A stretch of 64,000 nt of DNA, taken from NCBI GenBank assembly GCA_963765295.1, contig CAVXVO010000004.1, positions 349,059 to 413,058 of the forward strand, given 5' to 3'. Positions 27,213 through 36,912 of this stretch are shown one piece after another. Both the position numbers and the translations under genes were made by a program. The notes under the pieces were generated by a model. It was not told where the DNA came from. It made no database searches and saw only the letters and a program-made list of their open reading frames with translations. How positions within the stretch are numbered: position 1 is the stretch's first letter; every line of letters starts with the position of its first letter. This stretch comes from an uncultured Actinomycetes bacterium. GTDB lineage: Bacteria > Actinomycetota > Thermoleophilia > Gaiellales > Gaiellaceae.

Positions 27213-28262
27213 CTATCGCGCCCCGGCCAGACGCTCGGCCGCGAGATCGAGGGCGACGCGACCGGTCGAGACGCCGTCGGCCTCGCTCCGCTCGTAGATC
27301 GTCGCGAGGGTGGCGCCGATGCCCTCGAGCGCCCGCTCGACCTCGGCGTCGTGCCAGCCGAGCGACTCGCGGCCGACGTTGTGGAAGATGCCGCCGGCGT
27401 TGATGACGAAGTCGGGCGCATAGAGGATCCCGCGCGCACGGAGGAGGTCGGCGTCGGCCGGATCGGCCAGCTGGTTGTTCGCCGCGCCCGCGACGATCCG
27501 GCAGCGCAGGCCGGGGATCGTCTCCGCCGACAGTGTGCCGCCCGTCGCGCACGGAGCGTAGACGTCGCACTCCGCCGTCAGCGCGTCGCCGGGCTCGACG
27601 GCGCGGGCGCCGAGCTTCGCGGCCAGCGCCCGGACGCGAGCGGTGTCGACGTCGCTGACGACCACGTCGGCGCCGTCAACGGCCAGTGCTTCCGCGAGAC
27701 GCGCGCCGACGCTACCGACGCCCTGCACCAGCACCGTCCGCCGCTCGAGCGACGGCGAGCCGTGGACGCGGGCGATGCTCGCCCGGATCCCGTGGAAGAC
27801 GCCGCGCGCCGTGAACGGCCCCGGCTCGCCGGAGCCGGAGCTCTTCCCGAAGACGTGAGGGCACGTCTCGGCGACGACGTCGAGATCGGCCGGCGTCGTG
27901 TTCATGTCGCACCCGGTCAGGTAGTTGCCGCCGAACGAGCAGAGGAAATCGGCATAGCGCCGGAGCAGCGCACGCCGCTCGTCGCCGGACGGGAGGCTCG
28001 GCACGGCGAGGACCGCCTTGCCGCCGCCGAACGGCAGCCCCGCCACCGCGAACTTGGCCGTCATGCCGGCGGCGAGGCGCATCCCGTCCCGAAGTGCTTC
28101 CGCGGGGCTCGCGTAGACCTTCATCCGCGTGCCACCGCCTGCCGGCCCGAGCCGCCGCGAGTGGATGCAGACGAACATCCAGGTACCCGAGGGCGCGTCG
28201 AATCGGACCGCGACCTGCTCGCCGTCCCAGCTCTTGATTGCCTCTTCGAGATCCGCTGCCAT
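27213..28262 (-). CDS. Glu/Leu/Phe/Val dehydrogenase family enzyme (leucine/valine dehydrogenase-like)
   Basis: 349 aa with GPAGGGTRM, LPFGGGKAV, the NAD-binding motif VLVQGVGSVG, and APCATGG. Confidence 0.85.
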   Translation of the reverse strand: MAADLEEAIKSWDGEQVAVRFDAPSGTWMFVCIHSRRLGPAGGGTRMKVYASPAEALRDGMRLAAGMTAKFAVAGLPFGGGKAVLAVPSLPSGDERRALLRRYADFLCSFGGNYLTGCDMNTTPADLDVVAETCPHVFGKSSGSGEPGPFTARGVFHGIRASIARVHGSPSLERRTVLVQGVGSVGARLAEALAVDGADVVVSDVDTARVRALAAKLGARAVEPGDALTAECDVYAPCATGGTLSAETIPGLRCRIVAGAANNQLADPADADLLRARGILYAPDFVINAGGIFHNVGRESLGWHDAEVERALEGIGATLATIYERSEADGVSTGRVALDLAAERLAGAR

Positions 28263-28270
28263 TGACGCCA

Positions 28271-28307
28271 GATTGGCATCCTAAAGCCTCGTTCTCCAGG
28301 GCCAATC
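28271..28307. promoter_or_regulatory. candidate MocR operator in divergent promoter region
   Basis: A perfect 7-bp inverted repeat, GATTGGC (28271-28277) and GCCAATC (28301-28307), lies in a locally AT-rich 63-bp gap. CATAAT at 28312-28317 ends 8 nt before the MocR ATG, which suggests a near-leaderless transcript. Confidence 0.3.
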
Positions 28308-28325
28308 TCTCCATAATGGCTTTCG

Positions 28326-29765
28326 ATGCGTCAGGTCAGCGCCTCCCACGTCCGGCGGCTGCTCCCCGGCGTGCCGGGCGCGGCGCTCCCGGGCGGCGGG
28401 CCTGCCTACCAGCGGCTCGGTGCCGCGCTGCGCGCGCTGATCCTCGACGGACGCCTCCCGCTCGGGACTCGGCTGCCGGCCGAGCGCGAGCTCGCCCGGG
28501 CGCTCGGCGTCAGCCGGACGACCACGAGCGCCGCGTACGGCCTCCTCCGGCGCGAGGGCTACCTGTCCAGCCGGCGCGGCGCGGGCTCTTTCGCCGCCTT
28601 CCCGTCCGAGCCCTCCGCGTCCGGCCTTCCCTGGTTCGGCGAGACGGACGAGGGGCTGATCGACCTGACGATCGCGGCGCCGAGCGCCATCCCGGAGAGC
28701 ATCCTGGAGGCAGCGACCCGCGCCCTCGAGCAGCTGCCGCGCCACCTCGCCGGCGACGGCTATCGCGTCCTCGGCCTCCCCGAGCTCCGCGAGGCGGTCG
28801 CCGAGCTGTATCGCAGGCGCGGCCTGCAGACGAGCGCAGACGAGGTGATGATCACGAGCGGCGCGCAGGGCGCGATCGCGCTCGCCGCCCGCGTCTTCGT
28901 GTCTCCCGGCGCGGCGGTGCTCGTCGAGTCGCCCACCTACCCGAACGCCCTCGACTCGTTCCGCGCCGCGTCGGCGCGCCTCGTACCCGTTCCCGTCGCG
29001 GCGGGCTGGGACGACGAGCTCGTCGAGTCGAGCTTCCGCCAGGCTCTGCCGCGGCTCGCCTACTTCACGCCCGACTTCCACAACCCGACCGGCCGGCTCA
29101 TGCGCGCGGACGACCGTGCTGCGCTCGTGCGCGCTGCGCGCCGCACCGAGACGCTGCTGATCACCGACGAGAGCTATCTCGGGCTCGGTCTCGCCGACGA
29201 CCTTCCGGCCGTCTCGCCGCTCGCCGCGCACGACCCCGAGCGCGTGATCTCGATCGGCGGGCTGAGCAAGAGCACGTGGGGCGGCCTCCGCATCGGCTGG
29301 GTGCGCGCCACGCCGTCGCTCGTCAAGCGGTTCGGCGCCGCGAGGCCGAGCATGGACATCGCCAATCCGCTCCTCGAGCAGCTCGTCGCCCTCCAGCTCC
29401 TCGACGACCTGGACGGGATCCTGGCCGAGCGGCGCCGGCGGCTCGCGCGGCAGCTGCAGGCGCTCGCCGACGCCCTCGCCGAGGAGCTTCCGGGCTGGAC
29501 GTTCGCACCACCCGACGGCGGACTCTGCGTCTGGGTAGCGCTCGACCGCTCGAGCACGTCGCTCGTCGGACCGGCGGCGCGTGCAGGCGTACGGATCGTT
29601 CCAGGGCCCAGATTCGGCCTCGACGGGACGCTCGAGCGGTTCCTGCGCCTGCCGTTCGTGCTCCCGCCGGCGACGCTGCGCGAAGCGGTGACCCGGCTGG
29701 CGCAGGCCGCAGAGGACGTGCCGCGGTTCGAGGAGCTCGCGGGCGAGATCAGCTACGTCGTCTGA
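28326..29765 (+). CDS. MocR/GabR-type regulator (GntR wHTH fused to PLP aminotransferase-like domain)
   Basis: 479 aa. The N-terminal wHTH is LPAERELARALGVSRTTTSAAYGLLRREGYL. The remainder is a fold-type I aminotransferase-like domain (SPTYPNA...SKSTWGGLRIGW). Confidence 0.85.
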   Translation: MRQVSASHVRRLLPGVPGAALPGGGPAYQRLGAALRALILDGRLPLGTRLPAERELARALGVSRTTTSAAYGLLRREGYLSSRRGAGSFAAFPSEPSASGLPWFGETDEGLIDLTIAAPSAIPESILEAATRALEQLPRHLAGDGYRVLGLPELREAVAELYRRRGLQTSADEVMITSGAQGAIALAARVFVSPGAAVLVESPTYPNALDSFRAASARLVPVPVAAGWDDELVESSFRQALPRLAYFTPDFHNPTGRLMRADDRAALVRAARRTETLLITDESYLGLGLADDLPAVSPLAAHDPERVISIGGLSKSTWGGLRIGWVRATPSLVKRFGAARPSMDIANPLLEQLVALQLLDDLDGILAERRRRLARQLQALADALAEELPGWTFAPPDGGLCVWVALDRSSTSLVGPAARAGVRIVPGPRFGLDGTLERFLRLPFVLPPATLREAVTRLAQAAEDVPRFEELAGEISYVV

Positions 29766-29790
29766 CGGCGACGACCGCCGTCGGCCCGGC

Positions 29791-30243
29791 TCACGCGGCG
29801 TGCGCGTGCTGCGGCGCCGGAGCGCCCGCCCGGGGCGTGCTGGCGTCGACGAGCCCGAGGAGCCGCGCAGCGCTCGTACGGTCAGGTGCGAGCAGGAGGC
29901 GGCGATCGAGCCCGAACGTCTCGAACTGGCGCACGATCCACGGAGGAAGTGCGACCGCGAGTTGCCCGCCTTTGTCGACGAGCAGCTGCCGGACGGCGAG
30001 CAGGGCGTTCATGCCGGCGGTCGTGACCTCGTCCGCCTGCGTCAGGTCGACGAGGATCTTCGTCGCACCGGCCTCGACTGCCTGGCCGAGCTCGCTCTCG
30101 AACAGCGCCACGCTGCCCACGTCGATGATCCCGCGGGCGTTCACGATCGCGAGCAGCACGTTCGTGGAGACGACCGAGTCCGGGCGTTTCGCGTCCCGGG
30201 CTCGGAAGCGAGGATGGAAGATCGCTGAGGCGTGAGCGCTCAT
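29791..30243 (-). CDS. STAS-domain protein (anti-sigma antagonist-like)
   Basis: I chose the internal ATG at 30243. The 150-aa translation has ILVDLTQADEVTTAGMNALLAVRQLLVDKGGQLAVA. It lies downstream of the GGDEF-EAL gene on the same strand. Confidence 0.7.
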   Translation of the reverse strand: MSAHASAIFHPRFRARDAKRPDSVVSTNVLLAIVNARGIIDVGSVALFESELGQAVEAGATKILVDLTQADEVTTAGMNALLAVRQLLVDKGGQLAVALPPWIVRQFETFGLDRRLLLAPDRTSAARLLGLVDASTPRAGAPAPQHAHAA

Positions 30244-30290
30244 CCGACTCTGCCCGAACCGTTCCCGGCTCCGAGCAGGGCCAAACCCGC

Positions 30291-32240
30291 TCAGGCCGTG
30301 CGCTGGTCGAGCGCGGCCGCGCGGATGAAGGCGACCTCGGCCGCCCAGCGCGCTGCTTCGGCCTCGGGCAGCGGGCCGGAGAAGTAGAAGCCTTGCCCGG
30401 CGTCGCAATGCAGAGCCGCGAGGGCGCTGCTGATGTGCGCCGTGGCGACGCCCTCCGCCACGACCTCGAGACCGAGGTTGTGGGCGAGGTCGACCGTCGA
30501 GCGGACGATGGCGGCGCTGTCGTCGTCGGCCATCATCGTCATCACGAACGACTTGTCGATCTTGAGCACGTCGAGCGGCAGCCGCTTCAGATAGCCGAGC
30601 GACGAGTAGCCGCTGCCGAAGTCGTCGATCGCGAGCCGTACGCCGAGCTCCTTGAGCCGGTTCAGGATCGTGCGCGTCCGAACGGGGTCGCTCAGGATCG
30701 TGTTCTCGGTGATCTCGAGCTCGAGCAGGCCCGGCTCGATCCCGGTCTCGCTGAGCAGCAGGCTGACCTCGTCGGGGAGGTGCATGTCGAGCAGGTCGCG
30801 AGACGACAGGTTGACGGCGACGCCGACTCCGAGCCCGTGCTCCTGCCACTTCGCGCAGGTGCGGACGGCCTCGCGCATGACGTAGCGCGTCAGCGGCTTG
30901 ATCAGCCCCGTGTGCTCGGCGAAGGGGACGAATCGATCCGGCGTCAGCAGCCCCTGCTCCGGGTGCTGCCAGCGGACGAGGGCCTCGAAGCCGACGACCT
31001 CGGAGGTTCTCAGGCTGATCTTGGGCTGGTAGTAGAGGACGAGCTCGTTCTGCTCGATTGCCCGGCGGAGCTCCCCGAGCAGCTTCAGCCGGTCGGGTGA
31101 GTACACGTCGCGCTCGGGCGAGTAGATCCCGACGCCGGAGTGCCCCTCCTTGCTCTGGTACATGGCCACGTCCGCGTGGCGGAGCAGCGTGTCGACGTCG
31201 GTGCCGTGCTCGGGAAAGAGCGCGATGCCGATGCTCGCCTCGACCTCGAGCGTCAGCCCGCGGAGCGTGAACGGCCACTCGACCGCCTGGCGGAGCTTGC
31301 GCGCGATGACGAGCGCGTCGTCCGCCTCGTCGAGCCCGGATGCAAGCACGCCGAACTCGTCGCCGCCGAGCCGGGCAACCGTGTCTCCGGCGCGCAGGCT
31401 GTGGGCGAGCCGCTGCCCGACCTCACGGAGCAGGACATCCCCGCTCTCGTGCCCGAGTGTGTCGTTGACCTCCTTGAAGCGGTCCAGGTCGAGGAACATC
31501 ACGGCGACCTCGCCCGGGCGCCGCTTGGCGCCGTGGAGCGCCTGTTCGACGCGGTCGCGGAAGAGCACGCGGTTCGGGAGGCCGGTGAGGTTGTCGTGCA
31601 TGGCCTGGTGCTCGATCTCCTCGACCTGGCGGCGCAGGCGACGAGTGACACGGCGAAGCAGGGGGAAGAGCGACAGGTAGAGGATGAACAGCACGACGCC
31701 GAGGACGGCCGCCACGGGCCAGAAGGTCGACGACGCCGCCGCGGCGACCGGCCCGTAGTCCTCGTAGATCTCGATCACGCCCGTCCGCTTGCCCTTGATC
31801 ACCATCGGCGCGTAGGTTTCGAGCGCCTTCGTGTTCGGGCCCGTGCCGCCCTCGTCGTCGAGGTGGCTGACGTCGGTCGCCGTCGTCTGCGTCCGAAAGA
31901 CCTGCTGGACCGTGTCCTCGCCGGGTCGCGTGCCGATCAGTTCGTGCGCGTTCGAGTAGGTGACGCGGCCGTCGGGGGCGTACAGCTTGACGCGGAGCGC
32001 CCCGTCGATCAGCACCTGGCGGCTGAACAGCCGGTCGAGCGCCGCGCGGCGGCCGGCCGGCACCGGCCCCCGGAAGTCTGCGAGCCACAGGTTCTGGCGC
32101 GCGATCGTGCGGGCGACGAAGCTCGTGTGCGCGCTGGCGTTGGCCTCGGCTCGGTCGAGGGCGTAGCGCCCCGTGTACACGATCATCCCCACACCCGCGA
32201 CCACGATCGCGACGACGGACGTACCGAGGACGCGGAGCAT
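30291..32240 (-). CDS. membrane-anchored GGDEF-EAL protein (diguanylate cyclase/phosphodiesterase)
   Basis: ATG at 32240. The 649-aa translation has two TM segments flanking a sensor loop, an intact GGDEF (RLGGDEFGV), and intact EAL (FEALVRW) plus DDFGSGYSSL motifs. Confidence 0.9.
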   Translation of the reverse strand: MLRVLGTSVVAIVVAGVGMIVYTGRYALDRAEANASAHTSFVARTIARQNLWLADFRGPVPAGRRAALDRLFSRQVLIDGALRVKLYAPDGRVTYSNAHELIGTRPGEDTVQQVFRTQTTATDVSHLDDEGGTGPNTKALETYAPMVIKGKRTGVIEIYEDYGPVAAAASSTFWPVAAVLGVVLFILYLSLFPLLRRVTRRLRRQVEEIEHQAMHDNLTGLPNRVLFRDRVEQALHGAKRRPGEVAVMFLDLDRFKEVNDTLGHESGDVLLREVGQRLAHSLRAGDTVARLGGDEFGVLASGLDEADDALVIARKLRQAVEWPFTLRGLTLEVEASIGIALFPEHGTDVDTLLRHADVAMYQSKEGHSGVGIYSPERDVYSPDRLKLLGELRRAIEQNELVLYYQPKISLRTSEVVGFEALVRWQHPEQGLLTPDRFVPFAEHTGLIKPLTRYVMREAVRTCAKWQEHGLGVGVAVNLSSRDLLDMHLPDEVSLLLSETGIEPGLLELEITENTILSDPVRTRTILNRLKELGVRLAIDDFGSGYSSLGYLKRLPLDVLKIDKSFVMTMMADDDSAAIVRSTVDLAHNLGLEVVAEGVATAHISSALAALHCDAGQGFYFSGPLPEAEAARWAAEVAFIRAAALDQRTA

Positions 32241-32421
32241 GAGCCGAGGCGGGCTCGACGTATCGTGGCGACGGAACCTCACCGAACAAGGTTGTCGGCA
32301 TGCGAGGCGCCACGCTTGAAGCAACGGAGAGGGCCGACGCCACCGCGTGAGGACCCTCGGAACGACGACGAGGGGCTCCGTGCCGGAGCCCCTCGTGTCA
32401 CCTCGGTCCCCCCGGGGTGAG

Positions 32422-33282
32422 CTAGAGCCTCCCGCAGTGGCGGAGGCCGTTCAGGCAGACGTTGACGAGTCGCGTCAGCGCCGTCTGGTTCCAGGCGTTG
32501 AAGAAGTCCGCATGCGCCGAGTAGACGCCGCCCGACGAGAGGGCGAGCTCGTGCGCCCCGGACACCGGGTAGCGGTAGATCAGCGTGATCGCAGGCACGG
32601 CGACCGGATGATCCGCCGGGCATGCGCCGGCAGCCGGATACGCCATATGACTCTTGTGGTCGGCGCTGTCCGTGCTCTTCCCGTCCCAGCAGCTCGGGAA
32701 GATGACGTGGAGCCGGAGCCCCTGGCCGCGGCCGCCCGGACACGCAGGCGGCGCTTCCGACGCCGGCACGCCGCCCGCGACGCCGCAGTTCCAGAACGTG
32801 ATCCGCTTGCTCTGCGGGGTCGTCGCCTTCGAGTCGCCGGCGATCATCTCGAGCCCGGCGGGGAACGCGGTCACCCTGGCCATGGTGTTGCGGCGGTAGT
32901 AGATCGTCGCGCCGAGTGGTGTCACCGGCTGGCCGTCGACGATCAGCGTCGGCATCCAGTAGGCGGCCTTGTCGTTCGGCCGCTGGCAGGTCGTGCCCGC
33001 TGCCTGCAGCGACGCGAGCGTCGAGTTCGCGTCCGTGGACCTGTTGCCGACGAACGTGTGGTCGTGCGACTTCCCGGGCTGGCCCGGGTAGACGATCGGG
33101 TCGTCCGGCAGGAAGTGGACGAACCTGCACTCGCTGACGAAGTTGACGCCCGCGAGCACCTTCGCCCCCTTTGCCGCCGGCTTCGCGCCGCCGCCCCCGG
33201 CGAGGGCCGTCGAGACGGCGACCGCGGCGACGAGCGCCAGCGCCACCGTTCCGAGCATCAAACCTGTTGCCTTCCTCTTCAT
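32422..33282 (-). CDS. secreted DUF1996 domain protein
   Basis: ATG at 33282 (MKRKATGLMLGTVALALVAAVAV..., a signal peptide). DUF1996-type motifs are HDHTFVGN and YWMPTL. Confidence 0.75.
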   Translation of the reverse strand: MKRKATGLMLGTVALALVAAVAVSTALAGGGGAKPAAKGAKVLAGVNFVSECRFVHFLPDDPIVYPGQPGKSHDHTFVGNRSTDANSTLASLQAAGTTCQRPNDKAAYWMPTLIVDGQPVTPLGATIYYRRNTMARVTAFPAGLEMIAGDSKATTPQSKRITFWNCGVAGGVPASEAPPACPGGRGQGLRLHVIFPSCWDGKSTDSADHKSHMAYPAAGACPADHPVAVPAITLIYRYPVSGAHELALSSGGVYSAHADFFNAWNQTALTRLVNVCLNGLRHCGRL

Positions 33283-33425
33283 CGTTTCCGATCCCCTTTC
33301 CAAGAACGTGGTCAGCCGGAGGATCGGCGCCGCACCGCAGGGGGCGGCAAGGCGGTTGTAAGGAGTTTGTGAGGGTACTAAAGGTCAACTCCGCGGCCAT
33401 CCGGCCGATCACCTGGGAGAGCATC

Positions 33426-35447
33426 GTGAAACCTCCACTGAGCCGCACCGCCGTCCGCCTCGGACGCCGGGCCTATGCGTGTCTGGCCGTCGCCGGCCTG
33501 GCCGTGTTCGCGCTCGTGTCGGCAGAGGGGGTCGGCGGGTCGACGGCATCCTCGATCGTCGACCCCTGGCTACTCGACGGGTTGCTCGTCCTCGCCGTCA
33601 TCGTGCTCACGACACGTGTCGTGCTCGTCCGAGACGAGCGCGGCGCGTGGGCCGCCCTCGCCCTCGGGCTTGCGTGCTGGGCCGCCGGCGACCTGTCGTT
33701 CGACCTCGTCTACGGCGGCAACCCGCCCGTCCCGTCGGCCGCCGACCTTCTCTACCTCGCGTTCTACCCGTGCTGTTACGTCGCCCTCGTCCTGCTCTTC
33801 CGCTCGCGCATCTCGCACATCAGCCGCAGCCTCTGGCTCGACGGCCTGACCGCGGCGCTGACCGCGTGCGCGGTCGGATCGGCGGTGCTCGTCCAGGCGG
33901 TCGTCGAGACGACGGACGGGAGCTTCGAGACTGTCGCGACGAATCTCGCCTACCCGCTCGGCGACACGCTGCTGCTCGCGCTCGTCGTCTCCGTGTTCGT
34001 GCTCGCAGGGAAGCGACGGCCGGGGAGGACGTGGCTGCTCCTTGGCGCGGGCCTGCTCACGACGACGATCGCCGACGGCATCTACCTGTTCCAGGCGGCG
34101 ACGAACACGTATGCCGAGGGGTCGATGCTCGACCTGCTCTGGCCGGCCGCGATGCTGCTGCTCGTCTGGGCCGGGCTGGAGGAGCGGACACAGACGCAAC
34201 GGGTCGAGCTCGAGGGCCGCCCGCTCCTCGGGACGTCGCTCGTTTGCGGTCTCGTCGCGATCGGGATCTTCGCCGGCGACCACTTCCACCGGTTGAACCC
34301 GCTCGCCGGGCTCGCCGCCGGCCTGGCTCTCGCCTGCGTCGTCGCCCGCGCGTTCCTCACCTTCCGCGAGAACAGGCGAATCCTCGACCGGATGCGCGAG
34401 CAGACGGTGACGGACGCTCTCACCGGACTCCGCAACCGCCGCGGACTGCTGGCCGACCTGGAGGTGGCGAGCACAGCGGCGGGCCACGGCGAGGCGTGGG
34501 TGTTCGCGATCTTCGACCTGAACGGGTTCAAGCAGTACAACGACACGTTCGGCCATCCGGCCGGAGACGGGTTCCTGGCCCGGCTCGGCGGGCGACTCCG
34601 CGAGTCGGTCGAGTCCGAAGGCACGGCGTACCGGCTCGGAGGCGACGAGTTCTGCATCCTGTGCACGGCCGGCGACGACTCCGAGGCTCTCGTCCGCCGC
34701 GCGGTGGAGGCGCTGTCGGAGCGGAGCGAGGCGTTCGAGATCGAGGCCGCATACGGCGTCGCGTACCTGCCTCTCGATGCGTCCGACGCGTCAGAGGCGC
34801 TGCGCATCGCGGACGCCCGCCTGTACGCGCAGAAACGTGGGGCGACGGCGGGTCGCGGCCAGCCGCACGAGATCGTGCTCCAGGCGCTCTTCGAGCGCGA
34901 CCCTGAGCTCCGTGCCCACGTCGGCGAGGTCGCCGCGCTCGCGGTCGGAGTCGGCCGCCATCTGGGCTTCGCCCCGCCGGCGCTCGAGGAGCTGCGACTC
35001 GCCGCCGAGCTTCACGACATCGGGAAGCTCGGTGTGCCCGACGAGATTCTCCGCAAGCCGGGACCGCTGAGCGAGGACGAATGGAAGTTCATCAAGCGCC
35101 ACACGCTCGTCGGCCAGCGCATCCTCGCAGTCGCACCGATGCTGTCCCGCGTCGGCGAGATCGTCCGGGCGACGCACGAGCGCTGGGACGGAGGCGGGTA
35201 TCCGGACGGGCTCGCCGGCAAGGAGATCCCACTCTCCGCCCGGATCGTCTCCGTTTGCGACGCCTACACGGCGATGACGGCGGAGCGGGCGTACCGCCTC
35301 CCGGTCTCTTCCGCGGACGCGGTCGAGGAGCTGACGAGGTGCGCGGGCACCCAGTTCGATCCCGAGCTCGTTCCGCTGCTCCTCGTCGTGTTGCTCGAGC
35401 ACGCCCGCGAACACACGGCCGCAGAGCAGAAGTCGAAAGCCGCCTAG
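33426..35447 (+). CDS. polytopic membrane GGDEF + HD-GYP protein
   Basis: The start is uncertain; I chose GTG at 33426. It has about 8 TM helices, GGDEF (RLGGDEFCI), then HD-GYP (HDIGKLGVP ... HERWDGGGYPDGL). Confidence 0.85.
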   Translation: MKPPLSRTAVRLGRRAYACLAVAGLAVFALVSAEGVGGSTASSIVDPWLLDGLLVLAVIVLTTRVVLVRDERGAWAALALGLACWAAGDLSFDLVYGGNPPVPSAADLLYLAFYPCCYVALVLLFRSRISHISRSLWLDGLTAALTACAVGSAVLVQAVVETTDGSFETVATNLAYPLGDTLLLALVVSVFVLAGKRRPGRTWLLLGAGLLTTTIADGIYLFQAATNTYAEGSMLDLLWPAAMLLLVWAGLEERTQTQRVELEGRPLLGTSLVCGLVAIGIFAGDHFHRLNPLAGLAAGLALACVVARAFLTFRENRRILDRMREQTVTDALTGLRNRRGLLADLEVASTAAGHGEAWVFAIFDLNGFKQYNDTFGHPAGDGFLARLGGRLRESVESEGTAYRLGGDEFCILCTAGDDSEALVRRAVEALSERSEAFEIEAAYGVAYLPLDASDASEALRIADARLYAQKRGATAGRGQPHEIVLQALFERDPELRAHVGEVAALAVGVGRHLGFAPPALEELRLAAELHDIGKLGVPDEILRKPGPLSEDEWKFIKRHTLVGQRILAVAPMLSRVGEIVRATHERWDGGGYPDGLAGKEIPLSARIVSVCDAYTAMTAERAYRLPVSSADAVEELTRCAGTQFDPELVPLLLVVLLEHAREHTAAEQKSKAA

Positions 35448-35454
35448 ACCGAGG

Positions 35455-36553
<1,099 letters not shown>

Positions 36554-36783
36554 GTGACCTCCGTTTTCTTCGCGCTTGGTGGGACGTCGTGCCTGGGCCT
36601 ACCTGGAAACGCAAAGAGCCGGTCACGCTCCTCCGGCTCACCTTCGGGGAGCAGCGGATATTACAGCGGGAACCGTCAGGTTGTCGGAGACGGAACCGGC
36701 TTAAAGAACTCGTGACGACCGCGTCAAGCTCGTCACGTCCCTGGGACGGAGGAGACGGCCGGCGTGTCCTGCCGGGAGGTGGC

Positions 36784-36819
36784 TGAAGAGAAAAAGGCGG
36801 CGGGCCGTGGCCCGCCGCC
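36784..36819 (-). terminator. intrinsic-terminator-like hairpin oriented on the minus strand
   Basis: A 10-bp all-GC stem GGCGGCGGGC/GCCCGCCGCC (36796-36805 / 36810-36819) has a tetraloop. On the minus strand it is followed by TTTTTCTCTT. It lies in the divergent gap between the sigma gene and the MTHFR fusion gene. Confidence 0.55.
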
Positions 36820-36912
36820 TGAGACCCCCTGCGCGTCCGGAAACTCTGCCGTTAGTCTCTCGGTCGGAGGAGTTCGTCCCGTCCATCGGCACGTCGGGCG
36901 CCCGGCTTTAGA

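Noticed and set aside
36700-36912. SAM riboswitch upstream of the methionine-pathway fusion gene
   Set aside because: I could not find the conserved SAM-I elements (such as the GAGGGA/GCAACC/GGUGC cores) or SAM-IV-like elements on the plus strand. The only strong hairpin has its T-run on the opposite strand. A covariance-model scan would be needed to be certain.
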